A stretch of 64,000 bases of DNA, taken from NCBI GenBank assembly GCA_030704615.1, contig CM060731.1, forward strand, positions 4,650,001 through 4,714,000, given 5' to 3'. Under the pieces are notes generated by a model, which did no database searches, was not told the origin of the DNA, and was given only the letters and a program-made list of their open reading frames with translations. Shown piece after piece: positions 1 through 11,564 of the stretch (positions are counted from its first letter, which is position 1; each line of letters starts with the position of its first letter). Position numbers and translations under genes: made by a program. Source of the DNA: Takakia lepidozioides. Taxonomy: Eukaryota > Plantae > Bryophyta.

Positions 1-1041
1 GTGCAAAGATGGTGTAGGTATCGGCTTGTTTTGGCCGTAGCTCTTGAGTATTTAAGGGTAAATTCACTTGGCTTCAGGAGACGGTGCCCCGCGGCGGTGG
101 TGAGTTGGGTGAGAGTGGTGATGTGCCGCTCTTTGAAGTAGGTGAGAATGGGTATTTTTTGTTTAGGATGAGAAATTTCGAACTGAGAAAGAAAGGGGCT
201 TGTGAGCCATGCCCTTTCTAGTATTGACAAGATATTAGGGTAATTCGGTAGGTTTGTATACTAATTTTCATTTGACGTTGTATGAGTAATGTACGTGCGG
301 TAGGAGAGTGAAGGCAGGCTTGTGGGTGTAGTGATGATAGAGAGTAGAGTCCATTGTACTTTAAGGCAAGGAACTTAAGGAGTCCTTGGTAGATTAGGCC
401 TTCCATTAATTGTGTGCCTAAGGTGCGAGCATATGAGATGATTAAGGGGCTTGAGCCAATCCCGTAGCTGTCAGTGGGAAGTTGGGTGAGGGCATTAGGG
501 GTGCTGGTAGGTAGGCCACAGACACGCTTCGTGAGTTGAATAATACTCTTGTCCAGTTTTTTTAATGTGTGGGAGGGAGAAGGGTGCGACATGAAACGAA
601 TATTGGAGTTGGGTTCTTAGTACTGATTGTATGATTGACAGTTTAGGTCGGATGGCAATGGGGGATTTGAGGAGAGCCAAACTTTTGTTGGCTAGTTTGG
701 ATGATGTGGAGTCTTTTTGGACGTGCCAGGTGAGGGAGGGGACCAGTTGGATGCCCAGGTAAGTGTATGGTTCATCTGGCCCCAGGAAGGGGAAGGGTTG
801 GTTCTGGTAATGCACATAAAGTTTGCAGTGGGAGGCGATAGCAGTCTTGGTGAGTCGGCTATGATGTGTTGTTGCGGTAATGGCACATTTGTGGAGACTA
901 AGTTCCATACCGGACCATTGGTTGAAGCGGTATAGTTTGGTAACTTGTCAATTTAGGTGTTGCGGTTTATGAGCGAGGATAGCGAGGTCATCGGCGTATG
1001 CAACAGCGGATATTTCGCTTGAGGAGGTTTCATACTGGTAG
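1..1041 (-). pseudogene. Non-LTR retrotransposon (LINE) reverse transcriptase, 3' part, decayed
   Basis: The minus strand reads YQYETSSSEISAVAYADDLAILAHK (RT catalytic YADD, ~960-1040), then PYTYLGIQL (ORF 495-908) and a post-RT region (ORF 218-592). Stops and frameshifts are present. Interrupted at 1042 by a CACTA element. Confidence 0.9.
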
Positions 1042-1340
1042 CACTACTACGTTTAGGGGGGGTTAGCGACGCCAGGACCCCGGACGTGCTAGACGCGCCG
1101 ACCCCCCTGCGACTGTAGCGTCGCGCAAGCGCCCGGCCCGGACTTGCGACGTCGGGGCATCACAACACCGGCGCTCAAACGACGTTGTGGCATCTTGCGA
1201 TGCCATGCCGTCGCCGGACAACGACGCTACCGCGTGAGCCTAGCGCGTGAGCGCGTGAGCGTACGCTCACACAACAATGACCTGGCATGAGCCTACGCTC
1301 ACGCAGCTGACGTGGCGTGAGCCTGGTCCAGGTCATGCCA
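1042..1340. repeat. Left TIR and GC-rich subterminal repeats of the CACTA-ended element
   Basis: TIR followed by repeated GCGACG/CGTCGC and GCGTGAGC motifs. The 19-mer GCTGACGTGGCGTGAGCCT (~1306) recurs at ~12342. Confidence 0.85.
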
Positions 1341-1824
1341 TGTCACCACTAAGAAGGTGGGCCTATAACTGTGGAGCCTACAACTACTGATTTCACCACA
1401 TGAAGGTGAAACGGATGAAGGGTTTCGGGCTTTCCTGGAGTTCAACCTTCTGTTAACAGGAGCTTCATTTCCTAGAACTGAAATGAACGTTGTGTTAACA
1501 CGAGGTTGTTTTCATGGAACAAAAATCAACATCGTTGTTTTCTTAGAACTAAAATCAACCTTGTGTCGACACAAGGTGGATTTGGAGAACTTCAAGTGAA
1601 CCTCGTGTTAACACGAGGTTGATTTGATCATTTGTCTATCTGAAGGTCGTTTCTTGTGTTTGCTAATGAAAACAGAATGACAAACCAATGCGACAAATGC
1701 GTTGACCCACGCATAGCAAAGATGTTGGACGATATACATTGAGAGACACTGGACTTGAACAGTCATTCCATTACAAGTTGTAGTCAAGGAAAACACAGAT
1801 TTCTTCATGTCAAGTGCATGTTGT

Positions 1825-4800
1825 CTATGGGCTTGTATCCCGCTGTAGAATTGTGTTGACTTTGTTGAAACTCATAGTGGCTTGGTGAATGAAGAAGTCG
1901 CGCTTTGGATCACAAACCATCCTTCTTAAGAAGACGAAGTAAAGGTGTTTGCACGGTATGAACTTCCCTCTCTTTCACAAACTACTTGAAAGCATACCAA
2001 CAAAATCAGGACAGGTACAATTGGGAAAATTGGAAACAATGATGTTGTACATCTTGTCCTACAGCGCAGATGCGGATGAGATCATGGTGAAGACCTGACC
2101 ATACCCTGGATTAGGCACTTCCATTGTTCCCGCAACACGAGCGTGAAGCATTCTCGCGGACTCGATTTTGTCGTAGTGTTCTGCAGTTGGAGAGAATCGT
2201 CGAACCAGCTTCCCATTCCGTCTGGTTGGCCACAAGTGAGTGTCAGGCGGAGGTACCCGTGAACCGCTTGTACTTGAAGCACCTTCACGTGCAATGGAAT
2301 GTCTGGCTAGGGAGAAACCCGCCTCTTCCAGCATTGCGATCTCTTGGTGAGTGAGACATGTGCCCATCTTCACAGGCCACACGGTTGGTGGAGTAGGCTT
2401 CCTCACCACGGAGGGCCTCACTGTCCCACGCACACATCTCCCGCAATCGTCAGCGCAGAACCAGAACTTGTGGTTCTTTGCCTCTCCTTGTCCGTAAGGG
2501 AAAAACAAACCAGTGAATGTAGGAGCTGCAGTGCGTTCTTTCCCTCTGGATATTAATGATGTACATTTTTCATGATTGGTGGCCCTGATCGCCGCGCATT
2601 TCACACGTGATCCAACACTTGTGCATTCTATATGCCAAACCTCGTCCAAGCACATAGACTCCATTACATGCAGCACCACATTCTGGTCTTCAACCATTGC
2701 AGTGACAGTGCTTGATGCAGGGGTCCGGTCTGGGGCTGAATGGCACTCACATGTGGATGTTCTGCAATTCCATCTCTGATCCAAGGGAACACGTGGCGTC
2801 AAGAAGTTGACCCTGTCCGCCCTATGGGAATCTGCATCTGATCCGGGAGGGGTGTCCAATTTCCGTTTGCAAGACCCAAATCTCTCTTCGCCTTCCAGAT
2901 GGGGAACTCTTCCCACGAGAGGGGTGCCCTCTGCACATATGCTCACTGCCCGCGCTATTTTGCTGGGATCCCCCGATCTTCTGGCTGCCCACAACATCAA
3001 CTCGCTCCTGTCCGGGCCTTTGCCACCAAGGCCACCCCTCAAGAATGACCTGTATCTGGTTTGCTGCTGCAGAGCACGGATAAGGTCATCGACCGTGGCC
3101 GCATACAAATCTCTTCCCTTTTTGCCGGATTGCTGCAACCAGGCATTGTGCACTGTCTCCGCTAGATTGCAAGAAGGCTTGTCCGCCATCTCCTCAATGG
3201 ACATATGCTGCAAGGCGAAAAAACACAAAGCCGATATTAGGATGGGACCCTGAAAGATATATCCGAAGCACCCAAAGGAAGGTGAATGCAAACCGCTCAC
3301 CATTGTCATGGCCGCTCCCCACTATCGGTAACGGAAGTGCCAAAATGTGAACCAGTCTTCCAGTACCCTCATGCTGTCCTCTGATGCCGCTCCAGATGAG
3401 TACCACCAGGCACGAATTGTCTGGAACAATGTATTCGCTTCCCCCAGAGTTTTGGCGTCTTTGTACTGTTTGCACAGTTGACGATGCATACTCTGCATAT
3501 CTGGCTTGATGTCTGCCTTTGTGTATTTGTCCAGGGATTGTGTCCAATGGAAAAGACACGTACGTTCTCTTCCAGGCATTGGCACTTTTGGATCTCCCGT
3601 CCCGAACACAATGCGGATAGCGTTGAAGTTAGCTTGAGCATTGTCGGCCATGAAACCAACAAAATTGGGAGATGGGAGACCGTTGGAGGCCATAACACGA
3701 ATGAGAGCTTCCCACATGAGCTGTTGTGAATCTGTATCCTCTGACTGCATGTCACACACTGCAATTGTCATGACACGTTGGTACACAAGGTCGTAAACAT
3801 GACATGCCATTGTGGTCCAGTCTTTAACCCTCTTGACGTGATCGAACATAAGGAAACAGTTGCCAAGATCGCCACCCTTCTGCATACGTTTAACCAGGCT
3901 GACTCCGCTGCCCTCACCTTTTGTGGCCATTTTGAACATGAATACTTTCCTGGTTCCTTGTCCCGGGAAAACGTTGTCTTGGATGTAGTCGTACATGCTC
4001 CTTTTCTTCAAATCCATAATATTGTCCATATAACCTCGGCTCCCAGAGCCCATTCTTAAAGCGTTCACTTGATTTCTAATGTTTGGAGAAGTCAAAGTTG
4101 AGAAATGGTCCATAACAATGTTCAAAGCTGGTCCCTCCAGTTTTCCTCCAACCGAATCTGATGCACACAGAATACGGCTTTCCAGAAAGGACTTGCTCGC
4201 CCCCATGGCAATTGTAGATGTGGTTCCAGTTGGATTGGTATCCAACTCTTGCCTTATCAGACGCGAGACTGTCTCAACGCTCTCCCTGTAATCCCCCTTG
4301 GACATAGGGTGGTTGTGAAAACCGAAATGGACACAGGCTCTAGTCAGGGTTTTGAATCGATGCACCACATAGTACATTCTGGCGCCACACAATGCAAGGC
4401 AGCAAGGTGGTACCCTACAAAACTTGCACACAAAAGTGTATTGTATGGTGGTGTCACCCTAGGCTTGAATGGATTCTCAGTGACACCATCCCATTCGCTT
4501 TGGTTTTGCACACCTGACAGTGCAAAGTGTCTGTATTTCATGTTCTCGCATTTTAGGTACCCTTTACAGACTATTCGCCTGAGTATGAGGTTGTCATGGT
4601 TGTGAATATTGGAGGTTTTTGTGCGGCACCAAGGGTGCCCATCGTGCTTTTTGTCCATTCCTTCCATGAGACTGGAAATGCCCCCCACGCGACCCGGAGG
4701 AGGCAGTTCGAAAACAATATTACCATCAAAAGATTCCGGCAAGAATGCCACCCTCTGAACATTGAAAGTGCTCCAGTCAATCCCCCTCAACTCACTTCTT

Positions 4801-5328
4801 GAATCCTGCCATCCCACCCATGGCTTTCAGTTTAGGAATGACATTGGTGATCTCTTCCACATCTGCTTCCTGATCTGGACATGGCTGATCCACGAGCGGT
4901 ATTTCACAGGCGTCATCGGAGGATGAGTCCGAAAGCTCAACTACAGTGTCAACGGTACTTGACTCCTTCTTAACAACCACGGGTGTTTTCTCTTGGGCCA
5001 CTGATGCTGCCGTGCCAGGAGTAAGGAACGATCCTGCAGACTGTCTCCGAGGAGCACTGAGCACCTTGTATCTACCTGGAGGCACTCTCTATTGTGTGGT
5101 TGGTGCAGTATGCGAAGGTTTCTGGAATGCGTACTCGAGCAGTTTTCCATTGGCATCGTACACTTCCCTCTCAAGGAATAGAGTTCCATTTTCCAACCGA
5201 AACTGCATTGCGAGCACGTGTTCATGCACCACCGCAAAACCGTCAACTTCCACCTCGTAAGAAAATGGCACAGGGTGGTCCTCACTGAAGAAGTCCGCGT
5301 CAAGGGAGCCCATGGCTTGGGAGGCCAT
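1825..5328 (-). pseudogene. MULE-type DDE transposase with N-terminal GCM-like zinc domain and C-terminal SWIM finger (disrupted)
   Basis: Joins ORFs 5328-5089, 5085-4792, 4817-4344, 4431-3322 and 3309-2059, plus readthrough to 1825. GCM-like region: DGHPWCRTKTSN..C.GYLKC..CKFC..C...C..H.G.HNHP. Catalytic D (MFDHVKR), D (FMADNA), CxxH (TCLFHW) and E (NLAETVH). SWIM: CTCPDF...PCKHLY (~1950-2020). Probable GT-AG intron at ~3300-3211. Several in-frame stops and two frameshifts. Confidence 0.85.
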
Positions 5329-6398
5329 CTGTCAATGTTGCTTCAAAGCGCACAGTTCACAGTCCAATGTTGCTTCTGATTGCAGGTTGTACTAGAGCGG
5401 AGTTTTTTGGCTGTATAGAAGACGTCCTTACACACAATTGTAGGTGTCGCTCCCGCCTGCAGGTCTCCTAACGCGGTTCGGCACATCAAAGAAATGTGTC
5501 CCCATGCGAACCAAGTGAATGGTCACAGAGTGCCCAAATGCGGAGTGGATAATGTCAGCCCTAATTAAAGAATCCAACTGTTTTTTCACAGGTGCCCCAC
5601 CAGTGCATTGGACAACGAATTCCGCAAGTTTGACTGACAGAGCCGCCATTTGGCTGTCATGTCAGATAGTCCAGATGAGGTGCCCATTTCCATTCAATGT
5701 TAACGGCACCTGCACCGCTGTACAACTGTACCAACTGCACATTCCTCTGAAACATCCCAAAAGCTATTACCCAATAATGAATTTTTTCGGATGAGAGGTG
5801 GACCCGAACGAATTTTGGTGGATGAGAAACAAATGATTTCCAGAGATATTCATAACGGTTAGATGGACACGTGTTCGCCATGCATGTGGAATGAGCATGT
5901 GGCACATAGGTCATTTCGAGCGATCATCTTGGCGTGGATGGCCTTGCGGTGAACCTCCCGTAGCGCCATTTTTTCCTTCTTCTCCTTATTCTCCTTGCAA
6001 CCCTGGATTCTGCAGAGACGGTGACCCCATCTTGAGGGAGAAGAAAGCGTCGAAGAACACTTTATTTTACATCAAACAAGCAAAGGGCACGCGCTAAGGA
6101 GAGGATGAGGAAGGCGAGACGGGAACTTAGAATGGGAGAAGAAACCTCCGTTGGAGATGAGGACGAAGGGCAAAACCCGATTCTGCAACCACAGTTTGGA
6201 GAGGAAGGCCTTGAGGTGATTCCGGAGGCGACCGAAGAGCAACCTCCAATAGAAGGGGGGGAGGACGAGGAAGTCAGCTGGGCTCGGGAGGAAGCGTTGC
6301 GAGTGGAGAACCAGGTCTTGAGAGAGCAGGGAGGAGAGATGGACGCGGGAACGCTGCCGTCTGCCGCTATTTCGCACCATCGGGACCTGCTTGGAAGC

Positions 6399-6965
6399 AT
6401 GCTGCCTCCAGACCTCATGGGAAAGTTGAATGCCTCAGGAGCATCATCAAGTGCAAAGAAGAAACCGGAGGTGGCTATCAACCCTCTTTTGCCTTTTTTT
6501 TTTTTGGTCTGTTCCATGCTAAACAGAGAGGTCGACATCAACCTTGCATCAACGCAAGGTTGATGTCGACCTCCAAAGTGTATGTTTTGGGCATGAAACG
6601 AGTGCAGATGATGCACTCGAATCAACCTTGCGTTGACGCGAGGTTGATTCGTGTGCCTGTTTTGTTCATTCCCACCTCCCGTATCCGCTTGGCAGCTTGC
6701 TGCCTCCAGAAACCATGGAAAAGATGAATGCTCCCGATGCATCATCAAGTGCCAAGAAGAAACTAGAGGTTGCAATCTCTTTTTCCATTTGGTTTTTTTG
6801 TTTGTTGAACTCCAATCTGAGAGCTCGACATCAACCTTGCGTCAACGCAAGGTTGATGTCGACCTCCAAAGTGTATGTTTATGAAGGTGAAGCGAAGCGG
6901 GTGCAACACTCGAATCAACCTTGCGTTGACGCGAGGCTGATTTGGATGCCTCTCCTGTTCACTCC
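6399..6965 (+). repeat. ~295-bp tandem duplication of an exon end plus intron start
   Basis: GCTGCCTCCAGA..CATGG.AAAG.TGAATGC..GCATCATCAAGTGC.AAGAAGAAAC..GAG|GT occurs at ~6401 and ~6699. Each copy is followed by two palindromes. Confidence 0.85.
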
Positions 6966-7188
6966 CAGCATCCGGAGTCCCGTGCCATGAACTGCAAGGT
7001 AGGGAAAGTTGATAATGTAAAGCCCCTATAAGAACCTTGCGTCAACGCAAAGCATTTAGTGGGTTCACTGGACTGTTCCGGTATGCATTTTAGACTAAGC
7101 TACATCCCCATCAATCAACCTTGTGTCAACGCAAGGTTGATCCATGGGAGCTCAATCTGTCATTCTTAGGGATATTCATTCTCTGCAG

Positions 7189-8282
7189 AGGAAAAGAAAA
7201 AGGAAATCCATGGGGGGAGATGCGGCAGTGGCAGAAGGTGATGGTGAGGAAGACTCATTTGAGGAACACTATGAAGACAAGGCCGAGGAGGTTATGGGTG
7301 AGAGAAAGTGAACTCCTCGAAGGTGGTTCTGTCGATGGAGGTTCCCGGCGGAAACCTGGTTATCCCACTATGCAGGATGATCTCCATGCCCGCGGTTCGA
7401 CCCGCATTGAGGAACGACATCACGAAGTTGAACAACGATTTTGTTCACGGCTATGTCAAGGGATCTATAGTGTTCTATGTATCCACTATGAACACGAAAG
7501 GAGAGGAGTGTCTTGTAACAGAGGACATAGAGCAAAGTTGGGATGCATGCTGGCGGGATGTAAATAGGGAGTTCGAGTTCAAGCTGTCCAAAAAGGCCTC
7601 CACAAAAGCGTTTATGGGAAAGATGTTTTTTGTCTCGGATGGGAACCATAGACTGCTTGCCTGGATGGATTACATTTCAAGCTTGCACTCAGACGAGATC
7701 GAATGGCACTGGAACGTGGTTTCCATGGTACTCGACCACAAAGGATGTGTCACGTAGCTCTTGACAGCCATGCACGACATAAACAGCATTTCAAACATAC
7801 TCCAAACAGACTTTATGTTCATCCTGGCAGCAGTGGAACTGAAAACGATAGCAAACTGGTTTGAAGACGAAAGCAGAGTACTATGCTTCCCACACAGAAG
7901 AGCAGAGGTCTACAACTGGGCTTGAAGACATTATGAGATTCGAGATGAACAATCAAAGGAAGAACCTCATGAGTGTGTTCGACAAACAAATCCGCATAGC
8001 AGATCCAAGTCTTGGCACGGAATTTCTGGAGCAAGTGAAAGCACATTATGACAAGTATGGCTCCAAGCCATAAATGACCCAAGAGAAATTGCATCGCCTT
8101 TCCATTTCAATGGTGGACAATGCAACCAAAATCAGGTGGTTGGAAATCTGGAATTTGGATCCACTTGTGAGAGACACCAACATGTTCCCAACTCCTGAGA
8201 GGGACTCAAAGACACAAGCAATAAAAGTTGTTAGCGACCACACATTCGACCGTGGCTACACAAAGCAACCTTCTGGAGCCAG
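7189..8282 (+). CDS. Exon encoding a ParB/Sulfiredoxin-like N-terminal domain
   Basis: IPLCRMISMPAVRPALRNDITKLNNDF..GY...VFYV...KMFFVSDGNHRLLAWMDY (DGNHR begins at 7638). This matches the ParB/Srx GxxRxxA signature. Confidence 0.75.
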
Positions 8283-8545
8283 GTAAGGCATTCACAAAAC
8301 CCTTTTCAAATGATTGTGCACATTTGTACTCTCTCCCAAATTCTTATGATCTTTCTTGCTGCAGTTGGAAAAACAAGCGGTGGCTGCACTTGGGGAGTCA
8401 ATGGCAGACTACAAAATCCAGATGGTTTTCCCCCGGATCACACTGGAGGCCTATATCAGGAGATGGAAGCTCGCTGTCTGGAACAACTGCTTCTTCAGGG
8501 AGTTTGAGAGAGACAAAGGAATCTCCAGGTCCTACGAATTCAAAA

Positions 8546-8566
8546 CCCTAAACCCTAAACCCTAAA
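8546..8566 (+). repeat. Interstitial plant telomeric repeat (CCCTAAA)3
   Basis: Exactly three units, located inside an exon. Confidence 0.9.
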
Positions 8567-10568
8567 CAGCGAGCAAGCAATGAAACGAGTGTTGCACAAG
8601 TGTGACCTCCAAGAAACAAATCTGGTACTAGAAGTGTATGTTTCTATATTCTTGTGTCGTTTTTTCCATGTAGAATTGCGAATTTGTAGGTTTTGAGGGA
8701 GGTCTGAGGGCTCTGGACGTGCAGCCGAGCAACATTGCGTTCACACAAGCTTGTATCCCGTTGTTTTGGTTTCACTTTCCTGTACCTGGGGTATCCAATG
8801 ATGTCGTTTTCTGTATGTGAAAGGGCAAAAACTGAAAGACAAATCAACCTTGCGTCAACGCAAGGTTGAGGAAGGGTCAGGCTATGTAGGTCTTCCTGTA
8901 TTCTTGGTTACACTGTACCAACAAACAGCCTTGAATTGACGCAGCGTTGTTTGACGGTATGGATTGCTATAAATGTCCCACAGAAATACCCCAATTTCCA
9001 TACAATTGTAGGAAAGTTAAAGTTATCAACCATGGACAGGTGTTTTCAGCAAAGGAATTCAACCTTGCGTCAACGCAAGGTTGAATATCCATACAAACAG
9101 ATCTTCGGATGGTTGTTTTCTAGCATTGTTTTCCATTTCCTCTGTTAATGAAAACAACCTTGCGTTGACACAATGTTGAATTCCGCTTGTCAATCACTGT
9201 CTCTTTCAATGCAACATTATCATATGTGGATCCGCCAATCTACTTTGCGTTAACGTAAGGTTGATTGGGGATTCCATATTGTGCATGCGATGGATTAGGA
9301 TAATGGGTTTTCCCTCTCGTAAGTGCTCGTTGAAAGTACAGTTCTCCACATTTGGTGTTTTCTTTTTCAGCTCGAATCAACATTGTGTCAACGCAAGGTT
9401 GATTCGAGCTGGCAAAAGTTAGTTTCTCCGTGTTACTGACCTGCATTCCAATACCCTTTTCCTGATGTGTAATCTGTGTCCGGTTTAGATCGAATGACTG
9501 TCTGGGTTTTGGATGTGTGTGATTCAGGTACATGTATCATGTCCTCATACCGGGAAAGTGGCTTAGCGATGACCCAGACTTCATCTACTCATGGGCTGAC
9601 CCCTCCAACGACAAGACAATGTACACGGCTGGTATTGCCAGAGACTGGAGCAGGGCGCACTTCAGAGACAGTGGGTGGTACCTCGATCTTCCAAAACAAG
9701 ACACACCATTTGATGAAGTGGTTTTGAGAAACCTTAATGACAACGCTGCGGCACTTGCCCCGCTTGGTGACAAAGACATTCAGGACAGAATCATTCAAGC
9801 ACTGGCTGCAAAAGAGCCTGAGAAATCTGCTACTCCAAAACGGAAGGGGAAGATTGTCGGGGATCCCCGCCCTCAAGGCAAAGGGCCGCGACAATGTACA
9901 TACTTCTTTCATTTTTTGTCCCTTCTAAATGCATGGTAATTCCATCGATTTAATCTTGTCTTTCCCTATGGATCATGTTGTTATTTCTTGTGGACATTAT
10001 GAAGTCTCTTTCATTCTCTCCTCTCTGCCTGGGCCTTAAAAAACCATCGCTTGTCCTTACTAAATGCATGGCAGGGAACTGATGTCAACCAAATATGGAG
10101 GATACATGAAATGGGCTTCTATTTTTCTTTGAGGAATGATATAAGGAAGCAGACTGGTTATACCTCCAAGGAAAGCAGAAGCTACCTGGTAAAGCTCCGC
10201 AGGAATAGGGCCCGTCAGAGGTCGCTGAAAGACACCCTTCTCCAACTAGGAGGGATAGGAGAACAACAAAGTCTACGGAGTAGCCTTTCGAGGCGAGAGA
10301 ACATCCATCCAGGGTTTTGGGCCAGTTCCATCGTAAGGTGGTGAATGAAAGTTTTCTGGCAATGATGGAATCCAGGAAGTCCACATTCAAAGGGGTACCG
10401 TCGAAATCATGGGACATGCTTGTTTCGTTCCTTACTCAGGTAAGCACATATGTCTTAACTGTGGTATGAATGATTTTGTTTTGGCAACTCGTTCTCGCTG
10501 TCATCAAGATTGATTTCATGTTGGATTTGGATTAGGCTAGTGACACTGTGTCTTGTTTTTTGTTACAG

Positions 10569-11564
10569 GTCACAAAAAGGCCAGATTGGGTGAATGGAGT
10601 TCAGCAAGCATACGCGACTGACCTTGTGGTGCTGGACATTCCTAACGGTTTGTCTGTCCCTGATGTGTTGCTTTCCAATGCAACCCCCACTTGGAACAAA
10701 TCGGATTCTCGTTACTGGCAGTGGGCTTTCTCAGTCAGCAACAAATTTCTTTCTGACTCGGGGACTCTTATTCTCATGCAGTTAGAGGACATGTCAGCAC
10801 GGAGAACTCTTTTCAGCTACATGAAAGCTTCCGGGTCTCGTGTCATCAAAACTTGGACATGCATCAACACTCTGCCTCTTACGAAGGGCGAGTTCCCGGG
10901 GCAGAAAGTGAGTTGGTTCCTTTGAATTAAAGTTTTGTGGTTCTTCAGTAAGTGTCAAAAGTAGGTTATGTCTTTTGCCTCATGCTCTCTTCGTGATTAT
11001 TGACAGACTCGGGTGTTCGAAGCTTTGTGCCTGGTGAGGGGGCGGAAGGACACTCTTCCTCCTGGTATTGTTGAGTTCTAGTTGAGAGACCTTGCAACTC
11101 ACATTGACCCCACCTGCGAGCCTGTGGAGGATGATGTAATCCTCAAGTACGTGGACTCGGGTCGAACTACGAAAAGGTCGACTTGTGTCCCTTGGAGAGG
11201 TGCCCGGGAGAAATCCCCAGCTTTCATGCAGACTTTGGTGGAGACATGCAGCCGTCATGGTGGACGAGTGGTTGACTTGTCTATTGGCACAGGTCGGGCC
11301 CTGAACACTGTATTTGAAATATGGGCAGTGGGCTTAGGAAAGTCCTGTTTTAATTTCTCGTTCGTCTTCGATTTGCAGGAGCATCTTTTCATGCGTGCAA
11401 AAGTGCCGGAAGGCACTTCTTCGGCATGGAGGCTGATACGGAGCTCTTTTCAAGCGAGCTTCATCAGCTTGAGTCGGGCACTACTTCTGCCCCATCCACA
11501 GAGGGACTTCTGGAGGAGCCCGAAGCGCCTGACGAGGATCTCGACGTGGACTCTAATTTTGAGT
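10569..11564 (+). CDS. Three exons encoding an N6_N4_Mtase-like (beta-class) DNA methyltransferase domain
   Basis: Motif IV-like TDLVVLDIPNG followed by WNK...FLSDSGTLIL; then GAREKSPAFMQTLVETCSRHGGRVVDLSIGTG|ASFHACKSAGRHFFGMEADTELF. The latter is equivalent to HPTQKP..L...S..GD.VLDPF.GSGTT..A....GR...G.E. Splicing 11292 to 11379 completes motif I in frame. Confidence 0.8.

Larger units (their letters stand above)
1442..9402. repeat. Dispersed 26-bp palindrome family TCAACCTTGCGTYRACGCAAGGTTGA (~15 copies)
   Basis: Copies at about 1442, 1485, 1555, 1597, 6538, 6622, 6831, 6916, 7033, 7115, 8844, 9059, 9155, 9241 and 9377. All lie in introns or downstream of the transposase gene. Confidence 0.9.

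Noticed and set aside
6538-9402. 26-bp palindromes as a CRISPR array or bacterial terminators
   Set aside because: Spacing is irregular (80 bp to 1.7 kb), there are no U-tracts, and they lie in spliceosomal introns.
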